A program made the position numbers and the translations under genes. The notes under the pieces are model-generated. The model ran no database searches. It saw only the letters and a program-made list of their open reading frames with translations, and was not told where the DNA came from. This document shows positions 1-7,988 of a stretch of DNA of 29,593 bases, one piece after another. Source of the DNA: Raphidiopsis brookii D9. GTDB taxonomy: Bacteria > Cyanobacteriota > Cyanobacteriia > Cyanobacteriales > Nostocaceae. Every line of letters starts with the position of its first letter. The first letter of the stretch is position 1. The stretch covers positions 1 through 29,593 of the forward strand of contig ACYB01000017.1 in the NCBI GenBank assembly GCA_000175855.1, given 5' to 3'.

Positions 1-128
1 TAACTAAAGTTAGTTATTATTTAATTTGGTGACGGATAGGAATTACAGAGTGTTGGGATGACAAAATTGCCGTAGCTGTTGCAGTATAACCCTTTCAGCG
101 ATTTTTATTCTACTTTGATGAATAATCC

Positions 129-710
129 AGGTTAGGAGAAAAGCAAGTTTTGCCAGTGCACAAACTCAGGAGCATGGCGGAATTCACCCAGCGGTTTCCA
201 GATGTGAAGGAGGTGATTGTGAATGGTACGGAACCTCCAGTGCAACGTCCTCAAAACCGAGAACGCCAAAAGGAGTATTACTCGTGCAAGAAAAAGCAGC
301 ATACGTGCAAGCAGATTACAGTCAGCACCAGAAAGAAACGAGTGATTATTCTGACGAAAACCAGAGCAGGTAAGGTACATGACAAAAGACTACTCCAGGA
401 ATCGGAGATCGTGCAATACATTCCTGATGAGGTAGCAATAGAGGGAGATTTGGGTTTTCAGGGGTTGTAGAAAGAATTTGTCAATGTTCATCTGTCACAC
501 AAGAAACCGAAAGGTAAGGAGTTAACACAGCAGCAAAAACAGGAGAATCGGGAACTGAGTCGTCAGCGAGTTGTATGTGAGCATGCTCATTCTGGAATTA
601 AGAGATATAACTCTGTATATTGTGTGCACAGAAATTGTCTCCTCGATTTTGATGATCACTTAATGTTGGTCGCTGCAGGGTTATGGAACTTCTATTTGGA
701 TGCAGCATAA
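129..710 (+). pseudogene. IS5-like DDE transposase fragment, N-terminally truncated and interrupted by an in-frame TAG
   Basis: ORF 150-470 encodes MPVHKLRSMAEFTQRFPDVKEVIVNGTEPPVQRPQ...VAIEGDLGFQGL, then TAG (468-470). The same frame continues as KEFVNVHLSHKKPKGKELTQQQKQENRELSRQRVVCEHAHSGIKRYNSVYCVHRN...YLDAA* to 710. Wording matches IS5-family transposase C-terminal halves. Confidence 0.85.
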
Positions 711-856
711 ATTCAATCAGGATGGGGGAAGTTCTGTCGTCCAAAAAATATGCTTTTATTTCCCAATAACTATATTATACATCATACCCTATAGGTGCAA
801 CGACACAAAGGGCTTTGTCTTGCTAAAAAACTGGGTACTAAAACGTAATTTTAATT

Positions 857-950
857 AGTTGATGGGCTGTGGGCGTTTCGCTAAAGATTATGAAGTATTT
901 ATTACCTTAAAAAAATCTCAAAAACTTATCTAACTTGCCACAATCCTTAT
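857..950 (+). pseudogene. Decayed transposase C-terminal remnant (IS5-like)
   Basis: gatgggctgtgggcgtttcgctaaagattatgaagt...aaacttatctaacttgccacaatcc resembles the 5540-5626 remnant and the typical RRLxKDYE...FIYLAxIRIM tail. Confidence 0.5.
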
Positions 951-1021
951 AAAGGTTAGGCGAATCGCAGAAATTATGACCGCCAAGCACTATTTAAAAC
1001 CCTGTGGCAAGTTTGTATACA

Positions 1022-1651
1022 CTAACGCATGTATGTGTTAAGTGTGTTTGGTGTTGATCTATAGAATAATCTTCGTGCAGTACCAAAGAACTCAGGACTG
1101 CTGAAATTACAAGAAGACCGTGAGTAATTGCATTCTACTTCTTCAAAAGCAGCAGAATCGTAATAAGTTTTCTCTGTTCCACCTGGTTCATCGTAATAAG
1201 CATGAACCATCGAAACGGAGGAAGGAGATAATGTTGTCATCGCTGATTGTACCCGGCGCCCATTCACAAGAAGAGTAACCTGACTAATTCCATCATAACT
1301 CAGTTCTATTCTGTTAATCGGTTGAAGACCTATTGGTCTTCCAGAACCTCCCCTATTGTTACCACAATTCATAAATGTATACCATTGCCCGTCCATGCCA
1401 CCTTTTTTCCCATAAGAAATACCAGCCCCACAATCATTACCTAAATTGAAATAAAAAGAGGCATAACCATATCTAGAGACTTTTATCTGTTGAGGTAATC
1501 TAAGACTTCCTCTAATCGATCCGTATGAGCCTCTACTTATTGAGCGAAAGCCGCTTCTTCCAACTTGAGCATAAGATGTAGAGTGAGGCATTGAACTGAT
1601 AACGATAGAAGTAAGCAGCACAGAACTTAGAAAGTAAAGAGACTTAAACAT
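1022..1651 (-). CDS. Hypothetical secreted protein with signal peptide
   Basis: 209-aa ORF. N-terminus MFKSLYFLSSVLLTSIVISSMPHSTSYAQ looks like a Sec signal peptide. No family recognised. Confidence 0.6.
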   Translation of the reverse strand: MFKSLYFLSSVLLTSIVISSMPHSTSYAQVGRSGFRSISRGSYGSIRGSLRLPQQIKVSRYGYASFYFNLGNDCGAGISYGKKGGMDGQWYTFMNCGNNRGGSGRPIGLQPINRIELSYDGISQVTLLVNGRRVQSAMTTLSPSSVSMVHAYYDEPGGTEKTYYDSAAFEEVECNYSRSSCNFSSPEFFGTARRLFYRSTPNTLNTYMR

Positions 1652-1922
1652 TTTGTTACCTCATTTAATCAAAGATTAATTGCTTTATTCAGAGCTAAAA
1701 TCCGCAGCATCTACCGCCAATAGCTGCATGAATCTCGGGTTTCTGATAGTCAAAATGGCTACGCCTAAAAGAACAATCAATTTTTGTTCTGCTATGATAA
1801 ATAGCACAGGTTAACCGGAGCAAGCTTAATTTTATTTAAGCACTTGTCAGTGAATTAAGATAAAACCAGTCCATTTTCAACCCAATTTAGCTTTGAGAGA
1901 GGGAATTTATTACCTGGCTCCT

Positions 1923-2218
1923 TAATCAGATTTATGGTGTTCTTTTCCCTACAACTATTACTATTTCCTAACTCTCCAATAATGACAAGAGTTTGAGCAA
2001 CTTTAAAATTCATCCAACTGACACAATTATGTCTCCTTTTACTGATTAAACATTGTAACTTCATTTATATTATTTCCGCATTTCCCCATAACGTCGTATC
2101 AACGAGCTTTGTTTTTCAAGATATAATTAACACAATTATGTCTTTTTTTGTTTCTCTCTTCCTAGGGATGGTGAGAATCCAAAAAAATAGCCCCATAACC
2201 TAATGGGGCTAAAATCTA
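1923..2218 (-). repeat. Copy 1 of ~295-bp direct repeat containing putative promoter/5'UTR and Rho-independent terminator
   Basis: Near-identical to 2450-2742 by eye (about 93%). Both contain accataaatctgatta..., the long block tatcaacgagctttgttttt, and the AGCCCCAT/ATGGGGCT hairpin. Confidence 0.9.
2181..2210 (-). terminator. Rho-independent terminator downstream of the RiPP precursor gene
   Basis: On the minus strand: AGCCCCAT-taggtt-ATGGGGCT-A-TTTTTTT (hairpin arms 2189-2196 and 2203-2210, T-tract 2187-2181). Confidence 0.85.
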
Positions 2219-2235
2219 TTTATAACCAAGGTAAC

Positions 2236-2412
2236 CTAGAACCAAGGGGTCCTTGGTTTTGGTCTAGGAATTGGCCATGGTTTAGGAATTGGCCAGAAAC
2301 ATCCACCCATCAAGTTAATTTCTGATCCTGTAAGTTCATTAAGATAGCTCTCAGAATCAGAGAACAAATCTGCACCAGCAGGACGTAAGTCGGAAATAGT
2401 GATATTAGCCAT
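2236..2412 (-). CDS. Putative RiPP precursor peptide with GG-type leader and Pro/Trp/Lys/Arg-rich core
   Basis: The track ORF is 2236-2439 (67 aa). The internal ATG at 2412 is preceded by aaaggg (RBS-like), giving MANITISDLRPAGADLFSDSESYLNELTGSEINLMGG | CFWPIPKPWPIPRPKPRTPWF. A terminator follows directly, and HopA1-like and kinase-like genes lie upstream. Confidence 0.8.
   Translation of the reverse strand: MANITISDLRPAGADLFSDSESYLNELTGSEINLMGGCFWPIPKPWPIPRPKPRTPWF
2261..2296 (-). repeat. 18-bp tandem repeat (2 copies) inside the core-peptide coding region
   Basis: ggtctaggaattggccat (2261-2278) followed by ggtttaggaattggccag (2279-2296). Together they encode the WPIPKP/WPIPRP hexapeptide duplication. 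Confidence 0.9.
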
Positions 2413-2449
2413 TTTTGTTTCCCTTTGATTAAGTTTCATTTTGAGGTAA

Positions 2450-2742
2450 TCAGATTTATGGTGTTCTTTTCCCTACGACTATTACTATTTCCTAACTCTC
2501 CAATAATGACAAGAGGTTGAGCAACTTTAAAGTTCATCTAACTAGCACAATTATAGCTCTTTTTACCGAATAAACACTGTAACTTCATTTATATTATTTC
2601 CGCATTTCCCCATAACGTCGTATCAACGAGCTTTGTTTTTTAAGATACAATTAACACAATTATGTCTTTTTTTGTTTCTCTCTTCTTAGGGATGGTGGCA
2701 ATCCAAAAAAATAGCCCCATAACCTAATGGGGCTAAAATCTA
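2450..2742 (-). repeat. Copy 2 of ~295-bp direct repeat: promoter/5'UTR of the precursor gene plus terminator after the HopA1 gene
   Basis: See copy 1 at 1923-2218. The offset is 524-527 bp. Confidence 0.9.
2705..2734 (-). terminator. Rho-independent terminator downstream of the HopA1-like gene
   Basis: AGCCCCAT (2713-2720) / ATGGGGCT (2727-2734) hairpin followed on the minus strand by a T7 tract (2711-2705). Confidence 0.8.
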
Positions 2743-2786
2743 CAGATGAACCTATCACTCCTTGATTCCCATATAAGGGACTAATA

Positions 2787-3890
2787 TCAATCAGTCAACT
2801 CTAATCTTTGATAAACATTCTTAGAATCAGCATTTAAATAAGGACGCTGCCAATCAATTCCTAACTCAGAAAACTGCTCGCAAATAGCAGTCATCCGACC
2901 CGCTGCAGAATTCTCCTCCTGTTGCCAAGCCATCAGTAAACCATTGGCTATAATCTGACAGCGATTCATTCCAAAACTCTCCTCACTGCCAAACTTTTTG
3001 TCCGGTTCTTCCGCTAATCCCAAACCCGGTGCTAACTCGAGGGTGAACAAAGGTATTTCTTGCTTAAAAACAAACTGATTTTGGTGATAAACATTACCTA
3101 CAATCTCCCTCACCAATTCATAATCAGTTTTCCCAAAATAAAGCACCCCAGCATCATATCGTTGATAATCAACTGGATTATACAAAGCCTTAAAACTAAA
3201 AGGAATCCCCCTCTGATTCAACTTTTCAGTTAACCCAGCCATCACAGCCACTGCACCTTCGGGAGTAACATTAAAATAGATTCGCACCATGGCTTCCTCT
3301 CTCTGTAAACCAGCATTACCCACCGCCATATAAAAACCATTTTGCACTAAATTCTTGGGCATCAAAATTGATACAACATCACCCACAAATGCAGATTGTT
3401 CATATTCTTGAAGATGCTTGTCACGTTGGATATGTAATCGCAAACCACCCTTAGTTACAGCCAAACTCCCATCGGTTTCTTCTCTCAAAACTGACCACCC
3501 TGAATCAAAATAACCCTCACCCTTATTCGCTTTGTCTAACTGCAAATAAAAGTCCATAGATACACCAGCAAAACTACTATTTTCCAAATCTAATTGCTGA
3601 ACTTTATTCCCATAACCTAATGCCTGTAATTTTTGTGTCGACCCATTGTAATAAGTGCCATAAAGAAAACTCCGCAACTGTAAACTCATATACTTATCCT
3701 GCATTTCCTTGGGTAAAGCCTGAATCCGAGACAACATTTCAGTAGGCATTTCCCATGGTTGATAGTTCGGGTGACGAATCGAAAAATCAGCGGAAATCTC
3801 GACATTTTCAACAATATCTGATAAAACTTCCTTTAAGCGACGTTCAACTTCAGAGGCTAATTGATGAGATTGAGAATTAAGTAATGACAT
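2787..3890 (-). CDS. T3SS effector HopA1-family protein, putative phosphothreonine/phosphoserine lyase for RiPP dehydration
   Basis: 367-aa ORF containing LRSFLYGTYYNG, DFYLQLDKANKGEGYFDSGW, RIYFNVTPEGAVAVM, FKALYNPVDYQRYDAGVLYF and FGMNRCQIIANGL, as in cyanobacterial HopA1-family proteins. Confidence 0.8.
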   Translation of the reverse strand: MSLLNSQSHQLASEVERRLKEVLSDIVENVEISADFSIRHPNYQPWEMPTEMLSRIQALPKEMQDKYMSLQLRSFLYGTYYNGSTQKLQALGYGNKVQQLDLENSSFAGVSMDFYLQLDKANKGEGYFDSGWSVLREETDGSLAVTKGGLRLHIQRDKHLQEYEQSAFVGDVVSILMPKNLVQNGFYMAVGNAGLQREEAMVRIYFNVTPEGAVAVMAGLTEKLNQRGIPFSFKALYNPVDYQRYDAGVLYFGKTDYELVREIVGNVYHQNQFVFKQEIPLFTLELAPGLGLAEEPDKKFGSEESFGMNRCQIIANGLLMAWQQEENSAAGRMTAICEQFSELGIDWQRPYLNADSKNVYQRLELTD

Positions 3891-3914
3891 GATTTTTCAA
3901 GATACTCAAGGATA

Positions 3915-5081
3915 TTAAACTTTGCCAACAACAGAAGAATTCATCTGATTTAACTGAGTAGCAGTAGCCCCAAAAATAGTGGGCATCGACAATTCAGGAC
4001 GACACAACAAAGCCTTGGCTACCTGAAGCATAGCAATTCCCGTATTATTAAAGGTTTTTTCATGCTGAACCATTGCTAAAATTGCAGTAATTAAAGAAAA
4101 ACCTGCCAACTGTACCACTTGCTTTAAGAAATCAGGTCGATATTTTAAGATTTCTGGGAAAGCTTCTAAATAAGCTAAAGTTAATCCACCGATAGATGGC
4201 TGAATTAATTCTAGGGGAGTAGTCGCTAGTCGCAAAGATTCTTCAATACTAAGAGAATTACTAATCACTAAGCTACCCAACCAAGTTTGTAGATAACTGG
4301 CGATCGCCATTCCCAAATCAAACGCTGGATCTCCCCAATCAGACCTTTCCCAATCAATCAAACGAATCACATTTTCATTAACATCTTCCCATTTTTGAAG
4401 TAAAAGAATGTTATTCAACTTCAAGTCATTGTGAGTTAGACAAATAGGAGAGATAGTTTTACTTAAGAGATTAACTGCTGCTTCTAAGCTATCATATCGT
4501 TGATAAAGAGCAAAAAACTTTAATCCACCCATGGGAACCAGTCCAAAAATTTCTGGACCTATCTGTTCCAAACTATTTAGTAATAGTGGGGATACCTTGG
4601 TTTTTCGAGCAAAATCTTGGGCAAAAAATTCCCTATAAATACTTTTATTCCAAGTTTCACGGTGAATTGTTGCCAAACAACTGCCAATTTGAGCAGCAAC
4701 CTGAGTAGGAAAGACATTCTTTTTAGAGTAGAATTTTGCTAAATCCTCATAATTATCCAGATAAGTAGAAACCAAAATTGAGTTCTCATCATCGTAGAGC
4801 AGTAATTCTGGCAGAAACCTACGCCAATGGTCTAATTCAGGAAAGTTATGCACAAAACTCGGGATTCGCCATTCCCCAAAAAACTCCTTCACCGTTTCCT
4901 TTTCTAAATTAATAAATTTTTCCTGTTTTACCAGTAACTTTCGACCCTCTGGTAAAGTCACCAATAAATTAAAATTTTTAGCCTGAATCTGCTCTACTCC
5001 TGGATTTTCTAGGGAGCGATCGCATAACTTTCTCTTGATAAGATACTCGTTGACATTTTGAGAACTTAAGATAAACTTCAC
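3915..5081 (-). CDS. Aminoglycoside phosphotransferase (APH)-like kinase, putative RiPP Ser/Thr kinase
   Basis: 388-aa ORF with catalytic-loop-like THNDLKLNNILL and metal-binding-like NVIRLIDWERSDWGDPAFDLG. It lies 24 bp upstream of the HopA1-like gene. Confidence 0.8.
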   Translation of the reverse strand: MKFILSSQNVNEYLIKRKLCDRSLENPGVEQIQAKNFNLLVTLPEGRKLLVKQEKFINLEKETVKEFFGEWRIPSFVHNFPELDHWRRFLPELLLYDDENSILVSTYLDNYEDLAKFYSKKNVFPTQVAAQIGSCLATIHRETWNKSIYREFFAQDFARKTKVSPLLLNSLEQIGPEIFGLVPMGGLKFFALYQRYDSLEAAVNLLSKTISPICLTHNDLKLNNILLLQKWEDVNENVIRLIDWERSDWGDPAFDLGMAIASYLQTWLGSLVISNSLSIEESLRLATTPLELIQPSIGGLTLAYLEAFPEILKYRPDFLKQVVQLAGFSLITAILAMVQHEKTFNNTGIAMLQVAKALLCRPELSMPTIFGATATQLNQMNSSVVGKV

Positions 5082-5120
5082 TTAAACCTGCCTTTAGATA
5101 GATTAACAACCCACTCGTAC

Positions 5121-5387
5121 TTATCTTACTTTCACTTCTGTTAAATCCCTAACCATATTTAATATCTTTGTAATGTAATTATTTGTATATCTGGTTAGCT
5201 TATAGAACCTACCCCTAATCATAACCAAGGCGTTTAAAAAGGCTTTACTAGCAAGTAAGACGAGGATGTTTTGGTATTTTTGTTCTCTGTACTGTTCGGT
5301 TTTTTCTCTTTCTGCCACCTGGCGAGCTTTTTGATGGTCTTCTTGGGTAAGAGTAATCAGGACTGATTTGAGCATATTAAGTTTCAC
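5121..5387 (-). pseudogene. Short ORF, possibly an N-terminal fragment of a DUF1822-like protein
   Basis: 88 aa. SVLITLTQEDHQKARQVAEREKTEQYREQKYQNILVLLASKAFL resembles the N-terminal (EARxxAxQxA...VYLNTLAVxAVxxYL) pattern. The remainder does not. Confidence 0.35.
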
Positions 5388-5539
5388 TTTTTATCTTTTA
5401 GGATAATAGGGGTTAGTTTTGACTCCCAAATGTATATCGTTTAAAGGTGAAGGGTTTTGAATAATTTATTAATTTTATGTTTGGGTCTAGAGATCGGCGA
5501 TCGCCCTTGAGAATTAGTTATTAACTTTTGGTTGGTTGA

Positions 5540-5626
5540 TGGACTGCAGGCGTTTGGTTAGAGATTATGAATTATTACTCGAAACATCTAAAACTTTTAT
5601 CTACCTTGCCATAATCCGTATTAAAG
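5540..5626 (+). pseudogene. Transposase C-terminal remnant (IS5-like)
   Basis: Translation MDCRRLVRDYELLLETSKTFIYLAIIRIK matches the conserved RRLxxDYE...FIYLAxIRIM tail. No upstream transposase body is present. Confidence 0.65.
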
Positions 5627-5690
5627 ATTGGGTACCACGGCCAAGCTTATTACAAAGAATCCAAGACCTCAACTCGGGGGAAATACGTGA
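5624..5690 (+). repeat. Copy 1 of ~65-bp direct repeat flanking the CHAT-nSTAND gene
   Basis: aagattgggtaccacggccaagcttattacaaagaatccaagacctcaactcgggggaaatacgtga. The 33-bp core differs from copy 2 at one base. Confidence 0.85.
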
Positions 5691-7988
5691 CCCCAATTGA
5701 CAAAATTCCTGCCCACTTGTTAGCAAACTATGTTATACTCAGCCACAGTATGTCCTCGTATGTCTTGAATACTCTACCCAAATACCACCCTATGACCATT
5801 AACATCATACTCAGAGTATTAAACGGTAACTTCAATGAAGGATTCATTATAGATGTCATCACGGATGGAAAAACCGAACAACTCTCCATCATCCAAAACA
5901 GAAACATACCAAAGCTTTACAGTAAATGGCAATATATTTTACACCGCAACACAATACGTAAGATTTCTGACATAGAAGAACAAGAAACACACATAAGCAC
6001 AGAAAAGCTAAGAAATGCCAAAACAGAATTGGAAAAAGAGTATAAACAATGGCTCAATAACCAAAACATTGGTATGCTCATTAGCAACATGATAGAGTTG
6101 TCAACATCTTCCCCTAGCCAGTCCCCTCAAAACCCAAATTTAATTCGTATTCAACTTATCCTTTCAGATACCCTTAATCCTAATGCTCAACAAGATAACG
6201 ATATTCTCCGTAGACTGCCCTGGAATGCCTACTTGAGTAGTTATATTCGTTTTAACAATTATGATACAACCTTCCTCCTATCCAAAGATCATACCTCCAC
6301 ACCTTCCCATCCAAATTTATTTAGTTCAAACCCACCGAAAATCCTAGCCATATTTGGTGGACACCAGGGGGAATTGGCATGCAGTCAAGCTGATGAAGCC
6401 AATAGACTCAAAGAAATCTGTGAACCCAACGGTGCAACCGTCATCTTCAGAAACATCACAGATAGAAACGAATTTCATCAACTACTAATCAATGACAATT
6501 ATGACATCCTATTCTACTCCGGACACAGTACCAGTGACCAGGGAGGCACAATTCAATTTGAACAAGAAACCTCCATCATTCGGGATTTTAAAAATGACCT
6601 CATCCGTGCGGTAAAAAAAGGAATTAAAAATAGCTATTTTTAACTCCTGTGACGGACTGAAAATAGCAGACTTTCTTATAGAAGAAGTGGGGATGCCAGC
6701 CGTCATCGTCATGAAGGAACCAGTACCAGACGAATTTGCCCGGGAATTTTTAGAAAGGTTTTTAATCCATTTTGTAAAAGAATGCAATTTTCTCTCAGTA
6801 GCAGTAGAAAAAGCTGCAAAAGACATTCTTTATAAGGAAGATCAAGAATTTCCTGGGGCAACCTGGTTACCCATAACCTACTATTCAAATGCAAAATCAG
6901 AAGAATTTACCTGGAGTAAAAAAAATCAAATATACAAAAACCGTATAGATATTAAAATCCACAACTACTTATACCAAAGACAAGAAGAAAACTCTCTTTG
7001 TCCTTACCAGGGACTATTTCACTTCGGACCAGAAGAAGCAGAATATTTCTTCGGGCGACAAATATTTATCGAACAACTATATGAAGCCACACAAAACCGT
7101 AAATTTATCCCCATCCTTGGTGCATCTGGCAGTGGTAAATCTTCAGTAGTATTAGCGGGGTTAGTACCAAAATTAAAAAACCAAGGCAACTGGGAATTTA
7201 CCTACTTCAGACCAGGGAAAGAACCCTTCCCTGCCCTAGCCACAGCCCTAATACCCCTTCTGTATACCTCAGAATTAGACACTATAGAAAAAATGGCTCA
7301 AGGGCGTATCTTAGCCACACACCTCCAAACAGGAACCATCCCCTTATCCGACGTTTTCACTCAAATCCAACAAAAACACCCCACAGAAAAAGTATTAATC
7401 ATAGCCGACCAATTTGAAGAGATTTACACCATGTGTCCAGAGCCAGAAACTCGCCAGCAATTTCTGGATTGCCTGATAGCTAGTCTTTCAATACCCAACA
7501 GCCCGATAGTATTAGTAACAACCATGCGGGCCGACTTTCTCTCGGATGCGCTATCTTATAGACCCTTTGGCGACACATTGCAAAACGCAGACCTCAAAAT
7601 TCTAGCCATGAACCGGGAAGAATTGACAGAAGTAATTATAAAACCAGCGGAAAAACTAGGAGTATCATTTGAACAGGGACTAGCAGCCAGAATCCTAAAT
7701 GACCTAGAACAGCAACCGGGGAATTTACCCCTACTAGAATTTGCCCTGACACAACTGTGGAATCAACACCATGAGTGGCAATTAACCCACAATGCCTACG
7801 AAAAGATTGGCCAAGTACAAGGAGCATTAGCCCGCTACGCAGATGAAAAATATAGTAACCTAACAAAAACAGAACAAGAAACAGTAGAAGTATTGCATGA
7901 AGCCCTAATTCGAGATTGGGGAGAAAGGATTGAATACCACAGCCAAGCTTATTACAAAGAACCCAAGACCTCAACTCTCAGGAAATAG
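5687..7988 (+). pseudogene. CHAT-nSTAND NTPase protein, frameshifted and C-terminally truncated; likely original start ATG 5792
   Basis: ORF1 (5687-6643) holds CHAT N-terminal part and FYSGHSTSDQGG. Reading on in the +1 frame gives IAIFNSCDGLKIADFLIEEVGMPAVIVMKEPVPDEFA, then ORF2 (6687-7988) with FFGRQ, Walker A GASGSGKSS, Walker B VLIIADQFEEIY and LPLLEFALTQLW. The frame changes at A-runs 6613-6619 / 6626-6630. Confidence 0.85.

Noticed and set aside
1855-2064. Minus-strand ORF of 69 aa (MKLQCLISKRRHNCVSW...)
   Set aside because: It lies inside the duplicated non-coding block. The equivalent frame in the other copy has a stop (gctagttag), so it is probably not a gene.
2241-2259. Inverted repeat aaccaagg-ggt-ccttggtt inside the end of the precursor CDS
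   Set aside because: It coincides with the codons for K-P-R-T-P-W. A real terminator is present just downstream, so a separate function is not supported.
5121-5387. Possible third biosynthetic gene of the RiPP operon
   Set aside because: It looks like a fragment of a general cyanobacterial protein (DUF1822-like start), with no enzymatic motif, so it was not assigned to the pathway.
6613-6630. Programmed ribosomal frameshifting as the default explanation for the CHAT gene
   Set aside because: The shift needed is +1, the A7 tract alone is not a typical +1 signal, and the gene is truncated at the 3' end. Decay or slippage is more likely, so programmed frameshifting is kept only as a test.
7636-7974. 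Minus-strand ORF of 112 aa antisense to nSTAND
   Set aside because: It overlaps clearly coding sequence on the other strand and its composition mirrors it.
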